From positions 22,457,237-22,521,236 of the forward strand of contig NC_092672.1 of the NCBI RefSeq assembly GCF_964355755.1: DNA of 64,000 nucleotides, written 5' to 3'. The position numbers and the translations under genes are program-made. This document shows, in pieces, positions 52,201-60,724 of the stretch. This DNA is from Antedon mediterranea. Lineage: Eukaryota; Animalia; Echinodermata. The stretch's first letter is position 1. The number at the start of each line of letters is the position of its first letter. The notes under the pieces are model-generated. The model saw only the letters and a program-made list of their open reading frames with translations, searched no databases and had not been told where the DNA came from.

Positions 52201-54894
52201 TCATTAGGGACAGGTATAGGTGAGTAACATTAGATCATTAGGGACAGGTATAGGTGAGTAACATTAGATCATTAGGGACTGGTATAGGTGAGTAACATTA
52301 GATCATTAGGGACAGGTATAGGTGAGTAACATTATATCATTAGGGACAGGTATAGGTGAGTAACATTTTATCATTAGGGACAGGTATAGGTGAGTAACAT
52401 TAGATCATTATGGCCAGGTATAGGTGAGTAACATTAGATCATTAGGGACAGGTATAGGTGAGTAACATTATATCATTAGGGACAGGTATAGGTGAGTAAC
52501 ATTAGATCATTAGGGACAGGTATAGGTGAGTAACATTAGATCATTAGGGACAGGTATAGGTGAGTAACATTTTATCATTAGGGACAGGTATAGGTGAGTA
52601 ACATTAGATCATTATGGCCAGGTATAGGTGAGTAACATTAGATCATTAGGGACAGGTATAGGTGAGTAACATTATATCATTAGGGACAGGTATAGGTGAG
52701 TAACATTAGATCATTAGGGACAGGTATAGGTGAGTAACATTAGATCATTAGGGACAGGTATAGGTGAGTAACATTAGATCATTAGGGACAGGTATAGGTG
52801 AGTAACATTAGATCATTAGGGACAGGTATAGGTGAGTAACATTAGATCATTATGGACAGGTATAGGTGAGTAACATTAGATCATTAGGGACAGGTATAGG
52901 TGAGTAACATTATATCATTAGGGACAGGTATAGGTGAGTAACATTAGATCATTAGGGACAGGTATAGGTGAGTAACATTAGATCATTAGGGACAGGTATA
53001 GGTGAGTAACATTAGATCATTAGGGACAGGTATAGGTGAGTAACATTAGATCATTAGGGACAGGTATAGGTGAGTAACATTAGATCATTAGGGACAGGTA
53101 TAGGTGAGTAACATTAGATCATTAGGGACAGGTATAGGTGAGTAACATTAGATCATTAGGGACAGGTATAGGTGAGTAACATTAGATCATTAGGGACAGG
53201 TATAGGTGAGTAACATTAGATCATTAGGGACAGGTATAGGTGAGTAACATTAGATCATTAGGGACAAGTATAGGTGAGTAACATTAGATCATTAGGGACA
53301 GGTATAGGTGAGTAACATTAGATCATTAGGGACAGGTATAGGTGAGTAACATTAGATCATTAGGGACAGGTATAGGTGAGTAACATTAGATCATTATGGA
53401 CAGGTATAGGTGAGTAACATTAGATCATTAGGGACAGGTATAGGTGAGTAACATTAGATCATTAGGGACAGGTATAGCTGAGTAACATTAGATCATTAGG
53501 GACAGGTATAGGTGAGTAACATTAGGTCATTAGGGCAGTGTTACAACCATTTATGTAGTACCAGCTATAATAAAACTACTGCTAAGAGAGAAACACTAAA
53601 GATATCATATCATTTATTTCATTTGAACAAATACAAACATGAAAACATAACAAATATAAATCAATGAGGCAGGATTACCTAAAATACCAGTCGAGAAGCC
53701 AAAATAAGACATTCAAACATATTTAAAACATAATTAAAAACACATTTTTTGGAAGAAAGTTAAAATTGCTGTATATGAATGACAAGATAGTTTAAATTGT
53801 ATGAAGTTAAATGTATTACAGCAAAATCCACCACAGGTTAGCTAATTCTTTAAAATAATCAAAGCCGAACAAATCAGAATGGAATCGTGCTCATGTTTCT
53901 TCTAACTTTCAGAAACATCAAATTATCAACATTATTTGCTTTGATATTATTAATTTAAATACTATAATAACAATTTTCAAATAGTAGGTAAAATTTTCTA
54001 CGTAGGAAAGGTGGTCAAAATAATAACCAAAAAATCTTTGAAAACAGATTGTGTGTATTACTTCTAAAGACTGATCATTTGAAATATATTAAGTCAAACT
54101 AAATAATTTATGAATATGATGAAAACACTTTTATTTATTATTAATTTTAATTCAAAAGTTGAGGCCTTAAAATTATACAAAAAAATATGGAAACCGTCAT
54201 CATTAATTACTGGTTTTGCTTTAAATTATTTTCCCTATCAAGCCCAACTGTGTTAACATAGAGCCTGATTTATTCCTTTTCTCAATGCAACTAAACAAAA
54301 GGAAACAGGCCTTTGATTAATATGGTGAATTGTAGTCATTAACAATAATTCTTTATTACAGAAACAAGTCCAAATTCACTGGAAGACAAGTTAAACAAGT
54401 TAAATTATGATCTCAGTGAAGTCTTTATGAAGAATATGAGAAAATTCTTATTTTTGAGATGTTGTCTCTTTGATGAAGTAGATTTACAAGTCCTTGGCAA
54501 TAAAGATTACAAAGCAAATGATTATTTTAATGAACTCGCTGATAAAGGAAAGATCAAACCAACCGACGTCAACCTTCTGCTTGAAGTGGCAACACTATCA
54601 GAAATTGAACATGCTAAAGATCTTGTAAAACAGTATATGAATGACAACAATGTACAAATTAGTAATCAACAGAAGCTGTCCCCGTATAGAAAAAGATTGT
54701 GCAAGGCATTGAAACAGTTTAACCAAAGTGAGTTGAATAGAGTTACAGCTTGTTATCAATTGGAACAACCAACCATTTGGGATGTAACATTTTATTTAGA
54801 GAGCAAATCCAAATTGGTAGATGAATCAGAAAGAGAGAAGTTTGCTGAGCTGCTTGGACCAATCCCAAATAAAATAATGTGTAAGTCAATTTGA
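22199..54894 (+). CDS. Multi-exon Roco-family gene: ankyrin repeats - death domain - Roc - COR - tandem DED (5'-incomplete, about 1113 aa, no kinase seen)
   Basis: 21 GT-AG exons, listed below, join with matching phases into one stop-free frame of 3342 nt. It contains the pre-Roc motif VPEEILARGPDAV, P-loop GLENVGKTS, DFGGQ, LIGTH and the COR motif LEYLHDIGEILFY. Confidence 0.88.
23210..23326 (+). CDS. Roco gene exon 2: ankyrin repeat
   Basis: 117 nt, phase 0-0; NGDNALHIIARSK...MDICKKNK, donor gttag. Confidence 0.85.
23507..23551 (-). ncRNA. Minimal type I hammerhead ribozyme motif (Penelope-like element remnant)
   Basis: The minus strand reads UUCUC-CUGAGGA-C-GAUCAA-aucaua-UUGAUC-GAAA-CGUC-GAGAA: stem I, intact core, 6-bp stem II, palindromic ACGU stem III and a GUC cleavage triplet. 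Confidence 0.8.
25492..26295. mobile_element. Inverted-repeat element (arms about 90 bp, spacer about 620 bp), probable non-autonomous DNA transposon or part of one
   Basis: TTCGTACATAAGTTGGGGACCCCCTCATGAAACGTCACAAAATAAACATGAATAATTCATCAGTTAAATGT has its reverse complement at about 26211-26281. No clear TSD. Confidence 0.7.
26674..26767 (+). CDS. Roco gene exon 3: terminal ankyrin cap
   Basis: 94 nt, phase 0-1; NGKSASDIYNENV...EILAILS, donor gtaagt. Confidence 0.8.
27219..27254 (+). CDS. Roco gene exon 4: linker micro-exon
   Basis: 36 nt, phase 1-1; GGPLPYIEMTSS, tttag / gtatga. Confidence 0.65.
27668..27916 (+). CDS. Roco gene exon 5: death domain
   Basis: 249 nt, phase 1-1; ITAKELIYIA...LIAANLGMTQEDI...TLDMLNTW...ELVAALRKAEEKDVADKIE. 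Confidence 0.88.
28403..28568 (+). CDS. Roco gene exon 6: pre-Roc linker and P-loop
   Basis: 166 nt, phase 1-2; VPEEILARGPDAVKAFQNALEEG...IFVGLENVGKTSTINSL. Confidence 0.92.
29051..29157 (+). CDS. Roco gene exon 7: Roc switch I
   Basis: 107 nt, phase 2-1; FNPLHIITDAMVKTTVC. Confidence 0.82.
29863..29982 (+). CDS. Roco gene exon 8: Roc insert
   Basis: 120 nt, phase 1-1; SLDMYQDAVTDFTVKQML...GASKQETKS. An alternative in-frame acceptor would start the exon at 29869. Confidence 0.75.
30362..30475 (+). CDS. Roco gene exon 9: low-complexity Roc insert
   Basis: 114 nt, phase 1-1; ESRHEEEKNPTGASTSKQEANSGKTSTSSNPKPSPQKE. Confidence 0.75.
30956..31131 (+). CDS. Roco gene exon 10: Roc G3
   Basis: 176 nt, phase 1-0; FVMNILDFGGQPIYHVIQR. 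Confidence 0.9.
31839..31928 (+). CDS. Roco gene exon 11: Roc
   Basis: 90 nt, phase 0-0; IFMVSYAVVCVVFNLNEGLNAPAKVRDPTT, donor gtaagt. Confidence 0.88.
32023..33512. repeat. Intronic minisatellite, 57-bp unit x about 26
   Basis: Unit AATAGCAGATGCCTGATATATGATTGTTGTTAATTCCACTTCCATGATAGTGTTGTT, near-identical head-to-tail copies. Confidence 0.97.
33611..33769 (+). CDS. Roco gene exon 12: Roc G4
   Basis: 159 nt, phase 0-0; MTNLDFILFWIRSV...IMLIGTHYESL. Confidence 0.88.
34206..34454 (+). CDS. Roco gene exon 13: Roc end / COR start
   Basis: 249 nt, phase 0-0; LFTIENS...FPIKWLQVMQEI. Confidence 0.88.
35227..35412 (+). CDS. Roco gene exon 14: COR
   Basis: 186 nt, phase 0-0; FLEYLHDIGEILFYPDDKILKEKIVID...FKTIITV. 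Confidence 0.92.
35669..35823. mobile_element. Duplicated terminal fragment of a Tc1/mariner-pogo-like MITE
   Basis: Starts TA-CAGTTGAACCCCTATTAAAGAGGACAC, with two direct copies of about 73 bp, each self-complementary. Confidence 0.5.
35949..36143. repeat. Direct duplication, about 96 bp x 2
   Basis: TCTTTCTTTCCACCAATCGCTAGAAT...GACATAATCACC occurs twice in tandem. Confidence 0.75.
36446..39698. mobile_element. Foldback non-autonomous DNA transposon (3.25 kb), Academ-like ends, arms built of about 345-bp tandem units
   Basis: TIR TAGGCTAGTCAATCTAGCA ... TGCTAGATTGACTAGCCTA with TAG on both flanks. Units containing ATGCAAATTAG run forward in the left half and inverted in the right half. Confidence 0.85.
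38477..38544 (-). mobile_element. SINE/LINE 3'-tail fragment inside the foldback
   Basis: Close to the reverse complement of 46021-46100, with a (TAT)n tail. Confidence 0.55.
41540..42250 (-). mobile_element. Degenerate 3' fragment of a Crack/L2-type LINE
   Basis: LYSTLILSYLNYG, IQKRAVRII and GPKLWNSLP on the minus strand. Boundaries are approximate. Confidence 0.8.
43329..43480 (+). mobile_element. Degenerate tRNA-derived SINE head
   Basis: A tRNA-like 5' stretch with B-box-like GGTTCAATCC at 43383-43392; no complete cloverleaf. Confidence 0.45.
44200..44690 (-). mobile_element. Degenerate 3' fragment of an RTE-X-like LINE
   Basis: LKFSSNSLPLE...CLMCNCNEKETVYYFVFQC resembles the C-terminus of the element at 47709-50530. 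Confidence 0.6.
44737..44892 (+). CDS. Roco gene exon 15: COR
   Basis: 156 nt, phase 0-0; WRNLNGGKLDERLLQHIWKD...FFVSLMQTFGLMCE. Confidence 0.9.
44978..45259 (+). CDS. Roco gene exon 16: COR
   Basis: 282 nt, phase 0-0; TFYVLSRLKP...FHDFDGYLPDDLFQRVATKFI. Confidence 0.9.
45452..45553 (+). CDS. Roco gene exon 17
   Basis: 102 nt, phase 0-0; TTIVRTKIMN...DDPQPSICKK. Confidence 0.82.
45896..46100 (+). mobile_element. tRNA-derived SINE (degenerate)
   Basis: B-box-like GAGTTCAAATCC at 45927-45938; the 3' tail is shared with 38477-38544 and ends in (TAT)n. Confidence 0.55.
46129..47068. mobile_element. Non-autonomous DNA element with imperfect TIRs
   Basis: TGTGACAGGGACAAGCCAGATCAGTAGC at the left end is an imperfect inverted match to GCGACTGGTTTGACTTGTCTGTGCCACA at the right end. 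No clear TSD. Confidence 0.5.
47134..47350 (+). CDS. Roco gene exon 18: COR C-terminal part with Cys/His cluster
   Basis: 217 nt, phase 0-1; VLNFLEEELQVL...YIRCAC...HMQV...LPC...YRKLF. Confidence 0.85.
47709..50530 (-). mobile_element. RTE-X/L2-like LINE, 5'-truncated and frameshifted
   Basis: Motifs NNYRGISL, QGGFR, GVRQGCVLSP, FWADD and a C-terminal CxxC...HFLLTC. AATAAA and a (TAT)n tail lie at 47709-47729. The 5' boundary is approximate. Confidence 0.85.
51901..51945 (+). CDS. Roco gene exon 19: linker micro-exon
   Basis: 45 nt, phase 1-1; DTQTATPLSTVSLET, ttttgcatag / gttagt. Confidence 0.75.
52101..52145 (+). CDS. Roco gene exon 20: linker micro-exon, paralog of exon 19 (alternative in-frame end at 52151)
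   Basis: DAPIAAPLAASSLGT(GI), with the same acceptor as exon 19 and donors gtatag or gtgagt. Confidence 0.75.
52133..53535 (+). repeat. Minisatellite, 34-bp unit x about 41, made of the exon 20 end plus splice donor
   Basis: Unit TCATTAGGGACAGGTATAGGTGAGTAACATTAGA; the first copy overlaps exon 20. Confidence 0.97.
54362..54894 (+). CDS. Roco gene exon 21: tandem death-effector-domain-like region
   Basis: Phase-1 acceptor ttacag; LNKLNYDLSE...YFNELADKGKIKPTDVNLLLEV...DLVKQY, then LSPYRKRL...IWDVTFYLE. There is a donor gtaagt at 54881, or a read-through stop at 54892-54894. Confidence 0.8.
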
Positions 54895-54919
54895 GAGATT
54901 TCTTACCTTAAATCCACAG

Positions 54920-55086
54920 ATTGTAGGTCACGTAAATATTCTCCCACAATAACTGGCATCAAACCAGAATTTTTAGAAAAGGGTAAAAATATATTGAGAA
55001 TACATTGAGTTGCCCCCTCATAATATAGAATGAATGCTGGACCATTTGATGACGACCGTATGATACCAAGTGATTTGTTGACACAG
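54920..55086 (+). pseudogene. Decayed exon-like segment
   Basis: Bounded by ccacag and gttaag; one frame reads ...TGIKPEFLEKGKNILRIH*VAPS*YRMNAGPFDDDRMIPSDLLTQ with two stops. Confidence 0.35.
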
Positions 55087-55171
55087 GTTAAGAACATCAA
55101 ATAACAGGAATGTATTCACATCCTGACTTTTCTTTGTCACTAAGGTTCTTATACCCTTTACAACATTATAA

Positions 55172-55338
55172 CGCTTTGTCTATACTATCAAACTTTATGT
55201 GACAAAACAATGTGATGTGCAATTTTATGGACATGATGATGTCATATCACTTCCATATTTGGGAACATCACTACCATAGTTGGGCACATCACTACCATAT
55301 TTGGACACATCACACATTTTTGTCAAACTAATTTGATA
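55172..55338. mobile_element. Short MITE with internal 20-bp repeats, right TIR truncated
   Basis: TATCAAAC...TGACAAAA...TGTGATGTG is inverted as CACATCACA...TTTTGTCA...TTTGATA, with CATCACTACCATATTTGG-like units x3. Confidence 0.55.
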
Positions 55339-55514
55339 TTTGTGTTATTTATTTTTAATTATTTTATAGTAATGTTATTTATCATCATGTGTCAGGAAAC
55401 TGTAAAAGGGGATTTTGTGCTAAAACAATTTATGTCATTGTGAGAAAGCTTGTTTAATAATAACCTAAAGAAAGTGTATACCTTGTTTTAAACTTTTATT
55501 GTGATAATTTTTAG

Positions 55515-55974
55515 GCAACAAAGAAGATGATCATTGAGGCAACACTGAATACACCATTGAGGAACCATTGAGGCACCACTGAGACACCATTGCAGCAACA
55601 CTGAAGACACTATTGAAGATGCCATTGAGGAACCTTTGAGGCACCACTGAGACACCATTGAGGCACCACTGAGACACTATTGAAGATGCCATTGAGGAAC
55701 CTTTGAGGCACCACGGAGACACCATTGAAGATGACATTGAGGAACCTTGAGGCACAACTGAGACACCATTGAGCACCACTGAGCCACCATTAAGACACCA
55801 TTGAGGCACCACTGACACACAATTGGGACATCACTGAGCCACCATTGAAACACCACTGATACACCATTGAGGCACCACTGGGACACCACTGACACACTTG
55901 AGACATCACTGAGTCACCATTGAAACACCACTGATACACCATTGAGATAGTATTGTGAAGCCAACCAAGTGAAG
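55515..55974 (+). pseudogene. Exon-like block filled with 11-12-bp repeats, frameshifted
   Basis: tttttag acceptor and GAAG/gtaagt donor enclose about 35 GAGGCACCATT / GAGACACCACT-like units; no frame stays open. Confidence 0.5.
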
Positions 55975-56271
55975 GTAAGTTATGTGGATAGCGATATAAT
56001 AGAGTAATATTAAAATTATTGTCATAATGATAAAATGACAAAATATGATAATGTCAAGGAAGTTGGTGATAAAGATGACATTGACGTTGAATAAATGTTT
56101 ACTTTAGGACAGTATATGAATGATGAATTCTTTTTTTCATTAAATGGGAAGAATATTTTCTGCCTTGTTAAATAGAACATATACCCGGTTCCAGTCCATA
56201 AATATTCATTATTTTGTATAATGTTTACTGAATGTAAACTGTAAATTTTAATTCATTCCTTAATTTCACAG

Positions 56272-57445
56272 CTTGTTCAAGATCTCTTATTCATCTGTGG
56301 ATAAGTGGAGAAGACTGGCAGTGTGACTTGGTATTCAATGGGATGTTATCATTAATACCACAGGTAAAAACAGACATGAATATGACATGTTGGAAGCGGT
56401 AGACAATGATCAAAGCAATAACACAATTGGGACGTGTTGATTTAGCTGATAGCTGGCAAGATGCAGCAGAACATCAACTACCTACAATGGTCAAGGAATT
56501 AACACAACAGGGATGTGTTGATATAGCTGATAGCTGGCAAGATGCAGCAGCACATCAACTACCTACAATGGTCAAGGCATTAACACAACAGGGACGTGTT
56601 GATATAGCTGATAGCTGGCAACATGCAGCAGAACATCAACTACCTACAATGGTCAAGGAATTAACACAACAGGGATTGTTCATTTAGCTGATAGCTGGCA
56701 GCATAAAGCAGAACATCAACTACCTACAATGGTCAAGGAATTAACACAACAGGGATGTGTTCATTTTTATCTGATAGCTGGCAGCATAAAGCAGAACATC
56801 AACTACCTACAATGGTCAAGGAATTAACACAACAGGGATGTGTTGATATAGCTGATAGCTGACAAGATGCAGCAGCACATCAACTACCTACAATGGTCAA
56901 GGCATTAACACAACAGGGACGTGTTGATATAGCTGATAGCTGGCAACATGCAGCAGAACATCAACTACCTACAATGGTCAAGGAATTAACACAACAGGGA
57001 TGTGTTCATTTAGCTGATAGCTGGCAGCATAAAGCAGAACATCAACTACCTACAATAGTCAAGGAATTAACACAACAGGGATGTGTTCATTTAGCTGATA
57101 GCTGGCAGCATAAAGCAGCACATCAACTACCTACAATGGTCAAGGCATTAACACAACAGGGACGTGTTGATATAGCTGATAGCTGGCAACATGCAGCAGA
57201 ACATCAACTATATACAATGGTCAAGGCATTAACACAACAGGGACGTGTTGATATAGCTGATAGCTGGCAAGACGCAGCAGCACATCAACTACCTACAATG
57301 GTCAAGGCATTAACACAATAGGGACGTGTTGATATAGCTGATAGCTGGCAACATGCAGCAGCACATCAACTACATACAATGGTCAAGGCATTTAAACACA
57401 ACAGGCTTTAAAATAACAGGAACATGTTGATTTAGCTGATAAATC
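56272..57445 (+). pseudogene. Decayed death-domain exon whose C-terminal half is tandemly amplified
   Basis: ttcacag acceptor; LFKISYSSVDKWRRLAV*LGIQWDVI...YDMLE, then repeated MVKALTQQGRVDIAD. Confidence 0.7.
56403..57441 (+). repeat. Minisatellite, 81-bp (27-codon) unit x about 12
   Basis: The unit encodes SWQHAAEHQLPTMVKALTQQGRVDIAD; some copies carry 1-nt indels or stops. Confidence 0.95.
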
Positions 57446-57632
57446 ATTGTTTATTTTGATTTCTTGACACATGAAACTGAGTGCCAATGCTATATAGTGT
57501 GCATAACCATCAATATTATGATTATCAATATTATTATTATGATTAAAAGGGGCGCTTGATATATAATATAATACAGTAACAATGGGGATTATAAAACCAC
57601 ACTTCTAAAATAATTTTTAATCAAAAGATAAT

Positions 57633-57912
57633 TTTAACTATTAACTGGTGCGTGTGAGTTGTGTACTCTCTCTTTAACTATTAACTGGTGCGTGTGAGTT
57701 GTGTACTCTCTCTTTAACTATTAACTGGTGCGTGTGAGTTGTGTAATCTCTCTTTAACTATTAACTGGTGCGTGTGAGTTGTGTACTCTCTCTTTAACTA
57801 TTAACTGGTGCGTGTGAGTTGTGTACTCTCTCTTTAACTATTAACTGGTGCGTGTGAGTTGTGTACTCTCTCTTTAACTATTAACTGGTGCGTGTGAGTT
57901 GTGTACTCTCTC
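57633..57912. repeat. Minisatellite, 40-bp unit x7
   Basis: TTTAACTATTAACTGGTGCGTGTGAGTTGTGTACTCTCTC. Confidence 0.95.
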
Positions 57913-58169
57913 TATACCAAAAACAAGATCAGCAATGCATCTTGGGGTTTATAGTGGGCTGCTAAAATTTAATAAATTATCAGAATCGCATTTTAAACTG
58001 TTTAAAGATGACAAAGGGTATCTCAATAGGACCGTATAGAATTTATTTTTACATTAAATGTAGTTTGTGACCTTTGATTAGATCTAAAAACGTAGGGACT
58101 GTAGTTGTAGGACTTGCTGTAACTGCAGTTTTTTTGTATATAAGATGAGTCTTAGTAATTTGTGCTTTG

Positions 58170-58250
58170 GTGGCTATAGCTAGTTTTAGTGGCTATGGCT
58201 AGTTTTAGTGGCTATGGCTAGTTTTAGTGGCTATGGCTAGTTTTAGTGGC
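58170..58250. repeat. 19-bp unit x4
   Basis: TGGCTATGGCTAGTTTTAG. Confidence 0.9.
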
Positions 58251-60660
58251 GTACATGGTAAACCCACTGTGTATTGATTAGCAAAAACATTAACATTCAG
58301 AATTAAATTTAAATGTTTCATTGGTATAGCTTTATTCAATATTTTTTATTATTGACCCGACTAAACTTTTAAACTTATCTTGTAAAGATAAAGTAAAATT
58401 TGGTGTTTTATGTATTAATCACTGCCGATGATTTAGAAAGTTTTAATAAGCTCTCTAAACAAACTTGCTAACAGTACATTTACTAAAGCCAAATTAGTAG
58501 AGTTAGAGTTACTGCATAAATAAATATTTCATATTCTATTTTAATAAATGATATACAATCTTTTTTGTATTGTATTTATGTTGTCTATTTTCTTTTAAAT
58601 CTCAACGCGAGTCACAAGTAAACTCATTATATAATGTTAAGGTAAATTAGTTGGTTTCAACATAGGCAATTGACTATGGTACCAAAATAATAAATGATGT
58701 TTGATATTATTATGGTATCTCTGAATTTAGTAAATGACTTGCCTAATGCAAATGAGATCATTTGTAGAAATTAGACTTACAGAATTTGATTAATGGCCAA
58801 TATCACCTTTATATGATTGACAGACTTACTAAACAGGACGAAAGGTATGGAGATGGGATCATTCAATGTATAACCGCAATTATATAAATCTCTACCATAT
58901 TTTCGACCCCTGGTGTGTAATTTTTCAATATAAAATTGACTAATGGTTGCCCCTTAAGGTATGGGACATATTTTTAGTATAGTATCATTATGTCTATAAT
59001 TATTTTTTGTATTAGAAAACTTTTGGCTAATTTTTATTTTGTTTACTTGCATGTTTGTGGAAATACAATTTTTTTAAAGAATAAAAAACCTGACATAGTT
59101 CATATTTTGACACACCACCTGATTATGCAAATTACATTCTCTTTTGGTTGGCATAGCTTAATAGTGTTTATCCTTAAAATTCAGGAAAGTGTGCGGCCCA
59201 TCAATAAACATCAGTGTGCCAAATGTGAGCATGTACCGTTCAGTGGTTATGGAGGAGATATGTAAAATATGCGAACAATTTAGTAGCATTAATATTTAGA
59301 TTGGTTTATACATTGATACCAAAAATTATAAGCATGGACAACTGCACTTACAGATATTTGTGTCCCTACCCCAAAATTGTCCAAAACTGTGGAGCTGATT
59401 GGAATAATTAGAAATGCGTTAAAATCCCACCTTTTATATTCCGTTATGGTAATTACTTTATTCCTATATACCATTTACTATTATTTACTAATTTGATTTT
59501 AGTTACTTTTTGTTTTTGTTCAGGCACTTTCAACACAAGCTTTTGCTTTTTAGAAATGGTGCCTCCTTCATAATATTGTTTTATTAATTTTAAAGATGAG
59601 ACAAAAATTGTATTGTTTTAACTATCTTTCTTCATGAATTTTGTATTATATTATTTATTTTGTATATTATGAAGGAATTAAATGTTACTATGAAAAAAAT
59701 ATGTAATGTTAACATTGATTTTTGTGTTCACTGGATATAGATGACAAAATATGTACGTAGTGTAGACCTCTCATATCCCATGTACTGTATTTTGTTGCTT
59801 GTAACCCGTTTTTCCCTTCACTTCTTCAATGCTCAAACTTGTGGCCATGTCAAGAACTTATAATCACAAGATGATTCCTGATTCTTGTTAATCTTCCCCT
59901 GGCCAACAGAATAGACCATAGACTTTCATTAGTCTAGTGTGTAAGGCTATCAAACAACTTGATAGCATTGGTCTGTGTCCCTTCTTTGAAGTTGTCTTTT
60001 CTATAAATATATTGGGTTGAATGGAACAACTCAGTCACCATGTACTTCATCGGAGTGAAAATCTAAATTCTTGAACTATGATCTAATCGGATGCTATAAA
60101 GGATATTACTTTCATAATTTACAGTCACTTTCTTTTTTATGCAAACAAATTATAATAGAATAAAAGAATACTAAAATCAAACATTGAAAAGTCATTTTGT
60201 AGTCTTCATCAGGTTATTTAAAAAATAATGATTTACCTTATAAAAAATAAAAAACAGTAAATCAAATAAAAACCCATTGAATTTCAGACAATGGGCTTCC
60301 AGTTTACTACTTTTTTTTTTAAATTTTATTAGGTTAAATAATTTTTTGTTTCCATCAATTTTTTTGTCAAACTAGTGTAACATTATAAAATAAAAAAAAA
60401 TATGTGGTGATCATTTAAGCATTTGACCTTTAACATTGTATCTACAGAAGAAAGCACAGATAAAATGTTATTTTAAAGCTTTAAGGCCACATTTATATTT
60501 GTACCTAATACATTCTTATTCAAAATACTCAAGTTTAAGATATAAAATAATTGTATATAGTGTATTAATTGACCTTTGACCTAGACTCCAAAGGCAAAAT
60601 TAAATTAGTTATTCTGAATTTTAAGAATAATGTTTGTATGTGTTTAAAACATTCTTTACA

Positions 60661-60724
60661 AAAACTTAGTGGTTAAAGAGATAATTAGAGAAAACTTAGT
60701 GGTTAAAGAGATAATTAGAGAAAA
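60661..60724. repeat. 30-bp direct duplication
   Basis: AAAACTTAGTGGTTAAAGAGATAATTAGAG x2. Confidence 0.85.

Noticed and set aside
52133-53535. 34-bp array as CRISPR, or as a set of spliced micro-exons
   Set aside because: There are no spacers. The introns between units would be only about 14 nt, too short to splice, and lack pyrimidine tracts.
22199-54894. Naming the gene LRRK2, DAPK1 or MFHAS1
   Set aside because: No kinase or LRR was seen and the domain order differs, so no symbol is assigned.
55531-56041. Minus-strand ORFs rich in SQWCLNG
   Set aside because: They are antisense translations of the 11-12-bp repeat block; the splice signals are on the plus strand.
60185-60216. Second hammerhead (CUGAUGAAGAC on the minus strand)
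   Set aside because: No closing stem II or GAAA follows; at most a decayed remnant.
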